From Octopus sinensis (lineage: Eukaryota): a stretch of 48,423 nucleotides of DNA. The position numbers and the translations under genes are program-made. The notes below the pieces were generated by a model that saw only the letters and a list, made by a program, of their open reading frames with translations, was not told the DNA's origin and did not search any database. The stretch covers positions 1 to 48,423 of the forward strand of contig NW_021834425.1 in the NCBI RefSeq assembly GCF_006345805.1, written 5' to 3'. Below are positions 11,836 through 22,464 of the stretch, piece after piece. How positions within the stretch are numbered: position 1 is the stretch's first letter; each line of letters starts with the position of its first letter.

Positions 11836-12149
11836 TTGAAAAAATAGCCGTAAGTGTAATAGGTAGAACTGCATACATGTTCTACCTCGTGCGGACGTCT
11901 GGTGTGTAGTTCTTCAAATGATATTTGTATGGACGATCATACTGAAGATCTACAGACAAATTGCGTAAGTAAAATGGCGTAATCTGTTAATAGTGAAACA
12001 TTGTTTATATTTTTGTTAGTTTTCATTTGTCTTGCTCGCTTACGTTTCTGGTGTTTGATAAATTTTCTAGAGAACATTTCATAGTGGAAAGACCATAGCG
12101 GATCTACTTCTAGCATTAGGGTGTCCACATAGTGGTAATCTCTCTCATA

Positions 12150-12208
<59 letters not shown>

Positions 12209-13053
12209 TTATATTATATATATACCGGTTTGATCAATATCTCTCCGGACTGTTGCCAAACTAACGTAGCTAAAACACTTTGCCGCACGCTGTGTGTGTG
12301 TGTGCGTGTGTGCATGTGTATGTGTAAGTGTGTGTGTGCTTCTATCATGTATGAATGTCAATGAATTAGAGTATCTGTGTGGGTTATTCTTTAAATGTTC
12401 TGACGAGGAGGGGGGGACAGTGACCGTGAGTCCTTGAACGGAGCCTCTCCGATGAACGAGAGAGGAAGGTAGACCAAAACCAGAAAGCTGACCTGAATGT
12501 TTGCAACATAGTTAACGCGGAAAGTAGCCTGCGTCAAGGTTACAATATACCAACTGATACCGTAGTTTGGCTTAGCTTTCACTCTTTATCTTTTCTGTAC
12601 TTTCTGCACTCAAGAATGCAAAGGGAAGAGTAATTCTATACTAGAATGGTAATGTAGCGAATCTGCAACTTACCATAAATTAGAATTACCAGAGAACAAG
12701 AAGGATTTTATATGGTTGAAGAAACTACTAGTAATATCACCAACATATTTCCCAGATATCAACACTTATTGTGTTGTGTTTGGGGGGAGTCATTTTCTTT
12801 TTGTGCCTTATAGTGTAATACACTTACCGGTAAAATTTCCACTTTTTTTCTTATTTTTGTTTTCCTAAAATTTTCGTTGCGTCTTGCAAACCCAGACACA
12901 ACAGAATATGCTTCAACACACGAACTCATATATATAATCTTGCAAACCAAATCCAAAAACGAAACTCTTATTGTATAAAAACGGAAGTCCACATTCAGTT
13001 AGCTAATACTCTTTGTTTGATTAAACGATATTGATTTAAACGATATTGATTTA

Positions 13054-13253
13054 AAGTTTTGGTATAAGGCCAGTATTTTCGAGGGAGGGGGCAAGTCAGT
13101 AACATCGATCCCAGTGCTCAACTGGTACTTATTTTATCGACCCCGAAAGGATGAAAGGTAAAGTCGACCTCGGTGGAATTGGAGCTCAGAATGTAAATAC
13201 GGACAAAATGCCGCTAAGCATTCTTGCCCAGCATGCTAACGATTCAGCCAGCT
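13054..13253 (-). mobile_element. SINE family D (variant tail)
   Basis: Central domain GAGGTCGACTTT.CCTTTCATCCTTTCGGGGTCGATAAAATAAGTACCAG is shared with 29864, 31567 and 32571. Confidence 0.9.
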
Positions 13254-13323
13254 GAGGGTAGAAACAGTATTACTCATAGGTCGTTTCAACCAGACCAGGA
13301 ACTAAGCAACACTAACTATTTAA

Positions 13324-13563
13324 CCCATTCATGCCGATCGTCCGTTTAAACTGATACTTAATTTATAAGGGTATAAAACAAATAATTGATACAAATTCTG
13401 ATTTGTGTATGATCTGTATCAAAGAATGAGACATGTTCTTAACGCGTATGCAGTCTGTATCAGACGGATTTCAATGAAATTTTTTTTCAGTTATTTAGGT
13501 CAAAATAATATCTATGAATTTTCGGGCTATTTCATTCACTAAAAAAATTTCGGCACGAATGGG
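13324..13563. mobile_element. piggyBac-type MITE (240 bp)
   Basis: TTAA at 13320-13323 and 13564-13567 flanks 14-bp TIRs CCCATTCATGCCGA / TCGGCACGAATGGG (1 mismatch); no ORF. Confidence 0.85.
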
Positions 13564-13779
13564 TTAATGATGAAACACTTATCTTAGACATAATACTCCC
13601 ACTGCTAACAAGCATGATTTATATTTCTTCATATTGTATATTTACTTACTGGCTATGAACTGAAGGGCTTGGAGTCAAATGTCCTGTCCTTGATACTGAC
13701 ACAACTCAGCGCAAAAGTGAGTCAGGGACGCTGCTTCCACTCCATTGACGATGCTGTAAAAGATACTGGAAGAGTAGCA

Positions 13780-13952
13780 TGTGGCAAAGGTGGCTGTGTG
13801 GTAAGAAGTTTTGCTTCGCAGACATATAGTTCCGGGCTCAGTCCCACAGCGTGGCACCCTCGGCAAGTGTCTTCCACTGTAGCCCAGCGCCAACCAAATC
13901 CTTGTGAATTGATTTGCTAGACAGAAGCCGAGAAAAACCTGTCGTATCTATA
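13780..13952 (+). mobile_element. SINE family A, 5' half, diverged
   Basis: GGTGGCTGTGTGGTAAGAAG...GTTCCGGGCTCAGTCCCAC...GGCAAGTGTCTTC matches the family A head. Confidence 0.8.
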
Positions 13953-14000
13953 TGTGTGTGTGTGTATACATATATATGTATGTATACATGTGCGTGTGTT

Positions 14001-14035
<35 letters not shown>

Positions 14036-14589
14036 CAGATGAAAATATTTTATTTTACTTTATTCCCCATCTAACTTTTCTGGACATAGCTCTGTTTGAA
14101 CTTGTCGCCTTGAATAACACATATAAATTATTATCTATAATTTACTTACCAATGTTAACAGGAAAATATATATATATATATATATATATATTTAGATTAA
14201 ATATCTTTATATTAATTAAAATTTACTTTCCTTTGAAAATGAGTTAAAATGAACTATGAACCATAATAATTTTTTCCTCATCGGGGTATCAAAGATTTTA
14301 TCTATTGCAGTCAATTTTCGTTTTCTTTTTCTTTTTCTTTTCTCTTTTGCAGTTCTTAATAAAAGTTATATAATGAATGGAGACTTAATTTGGTTGCACC
14401 GAAGAGACACGGTTATGTCGAGACGGCTATCTACGAATAATAGAGTAATTAAATTAAACTAAATGTTAAGTGAAGATAATATTGTGAATTAAATTAAATT
14501 AACAGGAGAATACATTCCAAGACAGACGTCTCTTCTGCTTTGTAAAGAAACAAGTAAGAAATAATATATGTATAACATACGTGTAAATA

Positions 14590-14682
14590 TATGTGTGGTG
14601 TGTACGTGGGTGTAATATTATATATAATATATATATATATATAATATAGGTATATATATATATATATCAAATATATATAATA

Positions 14683-14729
<47 letters not shown>

Positions 14730-14730
14730 T
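14590..14730. repeat. (TA)n tract
   Basis: Directly visible. Confidence 0.95.
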
Positions 14731-15160
14731 ATTGATTGATTGATTGATTCTAGTTTCAGCTCATGAGCTGTGGCCATGCTGGGGCACCGCCATTTGCTGT
14801 TGCTACTTGGTTTTACTTCACGAATCTTTTAGCAACTGCCAATTGGTGCATGAGAGAGTTCGATGCAGTTGCCTTCATCTGCACCTCCTGCCGTGAATTG
14901 GTTCATCTGGGACACCTGACAGGAAGAGATCCAGTTCCATTTTAAAGACATCTGCATCCATCCCATGCAGGTCTCTCAGGTTCTTCGGGAGGATATTGAA
15001 GAGCTGTGGGCCACGGAAGCCCAGGCTATCACAATATCTTGTCCTACATCTTGATGGCAAATTTGGAGTCCTAGGCACCACCAGTGGCGCCCAGTTCTGT
15101 CATTTGTGTAATCTCGATGCCAAAGTTTGGGACACGTCCCTCCAGATCTTCCAGAGGCAA
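14731..15160 (-). mobile_element. 5'-truncated 3' end of a CR1-like LINE (sister subfamily of 15586-20888) with (CAAT)n tail
   Basis: RYCDSLGFRGPQLFNILPKNLRDLHG...FKMELDLFLSGVPDEP is homologous to the C-terminus of the long element. 3' UTR GGCGGTGCCCCAGCATGGCCACAGCTCATGAGCTGAAAC, then (CAAT)n. Confidence 0.9.
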
Positions 15161-15282
15161 TGGATAGATATATATAGGATATATATTACCATATATATAT
15201 ATAGATTTATATATATATATATATATAGTAATATATTTTATATATATATATATATAAATATGTATTATATATATATATAATA

Positions 15283-15347
<65 letters not shown>

Positions 15348-15381
15348 TATATATATTATATATATATACATATATATTATA

Positions 15382-15419
<38 letters not shown>

Positions 15420-15441
15420 ATATATTATATATATATATAGG

Positions 15442-15505
<64 letters not shown>

Positions 15506-15585
15506 ATATATATGCTAATTATATATGCATATATATATATATATATATATATATGCATATATATATATATATGCATATATAATAT
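15161..15585. repeat. Long interrupted (TA)n tract with ATGCAT variants
   Basis: Directly visible. Confidence 0.95.
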
Positions 15586-15665
15586 TAAATCCTTAAATCC
15601 TTAAAAATGTTTTAGCCCGAAGGCCGCGGCCATGCTGGGGCACCACCGCTGCTGAATGAGCTACA

Positions 15666-18600
15666 CTAGTTTGTGAATCCACCTCTGATACGTGGCACTT
15701 GATCAACAAGGGAGTTCGATGCTGCTGCCCGCATCCGTGTCTCCTGTCGTGAGGTAGGTTCATCTGGGACTCCCAACAAGAAGAGATCCAGTTTAGTTTT
15801 AAAGAAACCCACACCACTCCACCATGTAAGTCTCTCAGGCATTTAGGGAGGATGTTAAAGAGCTGTGGTCCTCTGAAACCCAAGCTGTTGCAGTATCTGG
15901 ACCTGTATTTTGATGGTGATGTTGGAATCCTTGGCACCACGCAGCGGCGCCCCGTTCTGCGGTTGGAGTAACTTTGAATGCCAAAGTTTGGGACAAGACC
16001 CTCCAGGATTTTCCAGATGTATATCACTGCATATCTCTCCCGCCTCCGCTCCAGGGAGAAGAGGTTAATAATACCTTCAGTCTTTCCCAGTAGCTGACAT
16101 TTTGCATTGAGACGATTTTCTTTGTGTAGCTTCTCTGAGTTGCTTCGAGTTCTGCTGTTGTTGTTTTATTGTGTGGTGACCAAAGTTGGGAGCAGTAGTC
16201 CAAGCGGCTGAGGACAAATGTTTTCCATAGGACCATCAGTGTCTCCTTCTCTCTTGTTCTGAAAGTTCGGAGAATCCATCCAGCTAGCCGTCTGCATTTT
16301 ATCACCAGATTAGCAATATGCATTTGGAAAGATGCATCATTGCTCATGTCAATGCCCAGGTCACGCACTGATTTTGACTCAGGGATTGCAATTCTTCCTG
16401 GGCCAGTGTATCCAGTCTTCACGTCATTTACCTTTGTGTGCAGTAGCGCAGGGCCTGGAACTTACCTGCATTAAACTGCATGTTGTTGTCCTCAGCCCAC
16501 CTGTATATTGTGTCCAGCTCATGTTGCAGATGCGCAATATTTTCAGGGTTTTGTATTGCGTGGGAGACTTTTGTGTCATCTGCATAGCTAGCAAGGGTGG
16601 TCATCGTAGCAACTGAAGGCATGTCTGAAAGGGCCACTATGAACATCAGTGGCCCCAAGACAGTGCCCTGTGGGACACCGCTTGTTATTTGCGTTTCCCT
16701 GGAGGTGGCTCCATTGCTCACAACTGCCTGTTTTCTGTCTTTTAGGAAGTTGTGCAGCCACTCTCCAAGTTTCCCGCCTATGCCGAGACCACGCAGTTTG
16801 TAACAGATCATACCATGGTCGACTTTATCAAAGGCTTTTGCAAAGTCAAGATATATTACATCCACATTTGAGCCATTTAGTAGCTGTTTCAACACCCAGT
16901 CATAGTGTTGCAGGAGCTGTGTTAGGCAGCCTCTACCTGGTCGAAATCCATGCTGGGTGTCAGACAGTAAGTCATTTTCTTCAAGGAACATGATTAGTTT
17001 CTTACGGACTATTCGTTCCATGACTTTGCTGATGTGTGAGGTCAGAGAGATAGGCCTATAATTTTTAGCATCTGCTCTGCTACCTCCCTTATGGATAGGG
17101 CATATTACCCCCTCTTTCAGTTTGACTGGGAGCTTACCACTTGCAAGAAAGCTCTGAAAAAGAAGCTGTAGCGGTTTTGCAAGGGCTCGTTTGCACGATT
17201 TGAGAAGGATCGCTGGGAATCCATCAGGTCCAGCAGCTGAGTTTGTGTCAATCTCATCAATGGCTAGTGTGATATCATCTTCTTCGATGTTGATGTACTC
17301 AATTTTTGTCTCTTTGGCCGCTGGTAAAGTGGCAAAGAATTCTTCTGGGTTGTTTACTTGCCTGTGTCCTAGAGGTGTAGTGAACACACTTTGGAACTGT
17401 TCGTTCAGTATTTCACTTATCCTCGTGGGATTTCCTGTGAGAGAGCCATCTTTTTGGAAGAGAGGTCCTATTCTCTGGTGCACTGTGGCTGTCTCTTTGG
17501 CAAACTTAAAGAAAGCTTTAGGGTTTGATTTTATATTTTCTATTACCCAAGCTTCTTTATCTGCTCTCTCCTTTTCATGGGACTGATGTAGACTTTTCTC
17601 AGTTTCCATTAGCATTCTTTCGAGCCGAGACTTCTCACCACTTTTGGTGTGCTTGCTCAGGCGGTTTGCAATCCTTGTCCGTCGTCTCATAAGAATCCTC
17701 CTTTCTCTAGGGATCCTGTTTTTGTTCTTGTGTGTGCTGGCCCTGCACATTGGGACATATTTGTCACATATGGCTTGTATTATGGACATGAAGTGTTTGT
17801 GTTTCATGTTTATGTCCGGTGTGGAGAGACATTCAGGCCAATCCTGTTTGAGGATCTCTTTCTCAATCGACTTCCAGTTGGCTTTATGAAAGTTTAAGTT
17901 GGAGAGATGGTGGGTGCTTCGTATAGGCTGTGTGTCTGCGGGGGCTTTTGTTCCATACATAGACAGCTCTATTATGTTGTGATCCGAGATCATTGTCGGC
18001 ATCACATTAACATTATGGATAATATCCATATTGTTTGTGAAGCAGAGATCCAGTATATTATCTGCCCTTGTTGGTTGCAGAACTATTTGCTCCATGAAAG
18101 AGGTATTTGTGAGATGGAGCAGGGACTCCACCTGTGCCTGCTGATGGTGTGTCATCCCTGGGAGCATCTGCCCCCCAGGCCATTCCACATTGGGGAGGTT
18201 AAAGTCACCCATGAAGAATACACTGTTGTGCTGTTCAAGGTTGGTGAGGACTTCTCCTATTTTTGTTAGGCAGTCTTCAAACATGCCTGAGTGTTTTGGG
18301 GCATCTGGTGGGCGATATGTAGTGCATATGACGATATTCAGTTGTCTTATGTGTACAATTTGAGTTTCACATACTGAGTTTGAATATGACAGCAGGACCT
18401 GGGGCGTGAGGTCATCTCGGATGTACATTGCAACTCCACCATGGCTCCTCCCTTTTCTATCTGTGCGTATGACTGCATATTGCGGCATGTGTATTTCTGC
18501 ATCACCTATATCGGGTTCAAGATGCGTTTCTGTGAGTGCCATGCATATAGCTTGATTGCATGTCACAAGGTCTCTCAGGAATGAAATTTTCTTTTTACAG

Positions 18601-18773
18601 TTTCCGCGCAGCAGCCCTCCTACATTCAGTAGAAATATTTTTGTGGTGTGTGTGTTGGTGTTGGTGTCTGTGGTGGCCATCCTGCATCTGTTGGAGGTGG
18701 CCTTATGTGGTGGTAGTTCCAGCTTTGTGCTTGTAGCCAGGTCAGCTGCTGAACAATTTTTTGTGCCATGCAC
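15666..18773 (-). pseudogene. ORF2 endonuclease-reverse transcriptase (~1,030 codons if three small indels are repaired)
   Basis: 781-codon open frame with APE motifs (LLNVGGL, LTETHL, HGGVAMY, YRPP, GDFNLP, ILDL, SDHN) and RT motifs (YRPISLTS, QHGFR, LDFAKAFDKV, SGVPQGTVLGP, YADD). It continues after frameshifts at ~16440, ~16065 and ~15820 to a TAG at 15666-15668. Confidence 0.92.
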
Positions 18774-18788
18774 AAAAAAGACTGCTGT

Positions 18789-19522
18789 TCAGCTGCCGCC
18801 CTTCTCACATCTGGGTGAAGCTGGCCACCTGTTGGTTTCCCCGCGCACCACATCTGCATACCGTCTTTCAGTAGTGGTCAGTGCGCTTTTTTCCCTTCTT
18901 TTAACTTTTTGTTTTTGTTTTTGTTCTCCCTGAGGGAGGGACCTCTGTCTCGCGTCCGTGCGGTTTTGGTAGGGCCTCCGATGTGCAAAGCGACAGTTTG
19001 CACCTTCAACGCCGTACCAGCAGTCCCCCCTCAGGTAGAATTTGCAGGTGTTTCTTTCCCTGCCCTTACAGTTTTTGCTGGGGTCCCTCTGCTTTCTCTG
19101 GACAGGGCTTCCTTTAGCCTTGATTCTGTCACCCTTTACCTCCTGCTTCCCATCAATTCCAGGGTGCCTTTCCTTTCTTGCGGCCATCTTTGGTCTTCAG
19201 TTGTGGTGTTGGAAGCTGGACATGTGTCATCGTTTCCCTGTGTTCCAGGCTTCTCCATTTGGCTCTGGATGCTTTCCTCATCCTTTTGGCCCTCCCTGCT
19301 GCCGTCACCTCCCAGGATAATGTCCAGGGTGTCCACATGTTGCCTGATTAGAGCGTACGAACGGATAACTTCTCTCTTCTTTCGCTCTATCTGGGCGGTG
19401 GTTCTCGAAAAATTGTTGCTTTTCAGCGCCGCAGCAATAATGTCGTTCGGCGAGTCGTCCTCAGCGATCCTCCAAGCGCGGACGAACAATTGCACCTCTC
19501 TCGCAGACCAGTTTCTTGCCAT
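18789..19522 (-). pseudogene. ORF1 with N-terminal Myb/SANT-like (trihelix) motif and a CCCH zinc finger; one frameshift at ~19140-19190
   Basis: MARNWSAREVQLFVRAW...RTTAQIERKKREVIRSY fits the W-x3-E-x3-L-x3-W...RT-x2-Q-x3-K pattern. C-x7-C-x8-C-x3-H (CKFYLRGDCWYGVEGANCRFAH) at 18981-19046. Confidence 0.7.
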
Positions 19523-19528
19523 TTTCTT

Positions 19529-20755
19529 CTAGTGAAATATAGGAACAGAGAGAGAGATAGAGAAGGAGAGATAAGATGGAGAGGGAGAAGAGAAAGGAGA
19601 AAAGCCAGGGGGGGATAGAGAGAGACGAGGGGATTGTCCTGAGAGAAGAGAGAAAGAGAGAAAATAAGAGGGAAAAAAGAGAAAGGTGAAAGAATGGCAG
19701 GTCAGCAGGGGGAGAGTGAGCGGGATAGAGGTGTAGTAGAAAGGGACAGGGTGGAAAAGTGAGACAAGAGGGTGGACCCTAGGGGGAGCAGGGAGAAGAA
19801 AGGCGGAGAGATAAAATGGAGAGGAAGAGAGAGATGAAATGGAGAGGGAGAGAGAGAGAGGGCAGGATAGAGGTACCAGGGAGTGAAGTAAAGGGACAGA
19901 GAGGGTGGTGTGGAGGAAGGAGACAGAGAGAGGAAAAAAGAGACAGGGGGGTGGTGAGCCTTAGAGGGAACAGGGAGAGGAAAGGTAGGAAGAAAAAGGG
20001 GAAGAGGAAGAGAGGGGGCGCAACAGAGTGTAGTAAAGGGACAGGGAGGGTGGTGTAGAGAAAGAAATAAGGGGACAGAAGGGGAAGAGGAAAAGGGGTT
20101 TGACCTGTGAAGGAGCGGAGAGGAAAGAGGCAGAGAGAGGGGGGGAGTAACAGAGAGAGAGAGAGAAAGAGGGCGGTATATAGATACAAGAGAGAATGAG
20201 TGAAGTTGAGGAACTGAGAGAGGGGGTGAGGTGAGAGAAAGTTGATCTGAGAGAGATGCAGAAAGAGAAACGTTGCAGAGGGAGGGGAGAGAGGGAGGAG
20301 GGGAGAGTGAGAGCGGAAATAGAGGGTCTGGTGGATGGGGAGACAGATAAGGTATAAACTGTATGAGAGATAGAAATAGAAATGTAAGAAAGAGAGGGAG
20401 AGATTATAAAGATAGAATAGCGCGTATTTTTATCTTTTTAATTATTATTTTCTGTTTGAAAGAACACTAATGATAACAAATAATAAAAATGTATGAGAGA
20501 GATAGAAATAGAAATGTAAGAAAGAGAAAGAGAGAGTGCGTGGCAGGCACGAGGACGAAATTATAAAGATTATAAAGATAGAATACCGCGTATTTTTTAT
20601 TTTTATATTCTTTTTTTTTTAATTATTTTCTGTTTGAAAGAACACTAATGATAACAAGATAAATAATATCTTACCTTACCTTACCGCTGAGAGAGTACCT
20701 ACGTGATTCCTTTTTATAAGAAAGGAAGATAGATAGACAAGACAGACCTTTTATA
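19529..20755 (-). promoter_or_regulatory. Candidate TATA boxes plus a 5'-UTR intron upstream of ORF1
   Basis: TATAAAAG (20755) and TATAAAAA (20718); three tandem G|GTAAG donors (GT at 20684, 20679, 20674); ~0.9 kb pyrimidine-rich tract; acceptor TTTCACTAG at 19530-19529, 6 nt before AAAATGG. Confidence 0.45.
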
Positions 20756-20888
20756 TTCCTCCCCAAGCGCACTTTGTAAACAAAAGGGGTTTGAGTTTCG
20801 ATTTAGCACATGCAACAGTTTGACGATACTTTCTGTATTTTCCTAAGCGATTTGGTATTAAGCAGCAAATTTTTCAGAGGCTTTTTTC

Positions 20889-21132
20889 ATATATATATAT
20901 ATGCATATATATATATATAATTATATATGTATATATATATATATATATGCATATATATATATAATAATAATATCTATATATAATAGTATTAATATATATA
21001 CATATATATCTATATGTATATATATCTATATATATATATATATGTTATATAGATATATATGCATATATATATATCTATATATATATCTATATATATATAT
21101 GCATATATACATATATATATGCATATATATAA
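20889..21132. repeat. Interrupted (TA)n tract
   Basis: Directly visible. Confidence 0.95.
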
Positions 21133-21731
21133 TGAGGGAGATAAATTGAATATTAATTTAATTAATATAAATTAATAACCAGTAGCCTAGCATACAAAAA
21201 TCTGAAAAATCAGAGAAAATTCTAATACATGTGTATATTTAAAGCGCAAACCACGAGGTGGTCGGCCGCATGCTAGAAGTAGATCACATACGATCAAACT
21301 ACAAAGAAAAGAATGTTCTCTAGAGGAAAATTCAGCGGACACCAGAACAAAATGCGGGCAAGACAGATGAAAATTAAATAAAAGACCAGAATTACTCACA
21401 GACCGGCGGTTTCGCCTATTAACGAATGAATCACTTATGTAATCCATTGTCCGTAGGCTCATCAGTGTGGTCGTTCCACAGGCAATGCAATTTGTAAAGC
21501 TAACCACCAGTTTTCCGTATAAAAACAGACACGTGCCTAGCTTCACCGATTACATTGGTGTTAATTTCAAATGTCTTAGTTCTGGCGCGCTAAAATTCCG
21601 GAAACAAAATCCGCAGTAAATAATTTACTGCAGTTAATGCTGCCTATTAGAGAACATATTTATTTTATCATAAATATTTATTTTATCATTCGTTAATGTG
21701 TGTATGTGTGTGTGTGTATTTGTGTGTTCTT

Positions 21732-21900
21732 AGGTGTTTTTTTGTCCCCGTAACTTAGCGGTTCGGCAAAAGAGCCCGACAGCATAAGAACCAGGCTTAC
21801 AAAGAATAAGTCCAATGCAGAGGGGGGGAGATCGATTTCTTCGACTAAAAGGCGGTGCTCCAGCATGGCCACAGTCAAAATGACTGAAACAAGTAAAAAA
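21732..21900 (+). mobile_element. SINE family A, 3' half
   Basis: GTCCCCGTAACTTAGCGGTTCGGCAAAAGAG...GGCGGTGCTCCAGCATGGCCACAGTCAAAATGACTGAAACAAGTAAAA. Confidence 0.9.
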
Positions 21901-22464
21901 ATTCCCAATTGTAGGTGTCATCTCAACACCATCCACGACATGATTAATTGAAACGTTAAACCTTCGTTAGATCATGCTTAGAACCCTAAGCGGCCATTTA
22001 CTTCACAACAACAGCAGTAGTTACAACATCAATATCGACAACAACAATAACAACATCGTGAAAATATTTTCATTACACCAAATATGTACTGAAACCGCGA
22101 AAGCCTAAAAAAGCTGGAAGATGGCGATATTTAGAAATTTGCCATTGTTAAATATATTTCTTTAACATTACAAAATATCCGACTAATTACGTTATTTTAA
22201 TTAATTTGCTATTTATGAGATTAATCGCTATTGTTATTGATCAAAGTAAAGCGTATGTGAATGTTTCTAACTCCAGTTCAAGCTGGTGATGGAGACGAGG
22301 GCGATGTCGGAGATGGAGATAGTGACGGGGATGTGGATGCTGTTACAGCAAGAAGACTAACTCTGGTCGGTTAGTGTAAGCGGGAAAATATCGACAAATC
22401 GAAGCCTGCCAGATGCTGCGTTCACTGTACGCCGGAATCGCATGAAATAAAAATAACAATTTAT

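Larger units (their letters stand above)
15586..20888 (-). mobile_element. Near full-length CR1-clade-like non-LTR retrotransposon (~5.3 kb)
   Basis: Long 5' leader, ORF1, ORF2 (APE+RT), short 3' UTR and an 8-bp repeat tail (TTAAGGAT-like). Both flanks are (TA)n with ATGCAT interruptions. The 5' boundary is inferred from that flank. Confidence 0.88.

Noticed and set aside
12369-12582. GC-richer patch with possible donors on both strands
   Set aside because: Plus frames are closed by TGA at 12401 and 12421, acceptors are weak, and the peptide is unrecognisable.
16332-19532. Plus-strand ORFs of 68-207 aa overlapping the CR1-like element, and minus ORF 27149-27733
   Set aside because: Antisense shadows of retrotransposon coding sequence.
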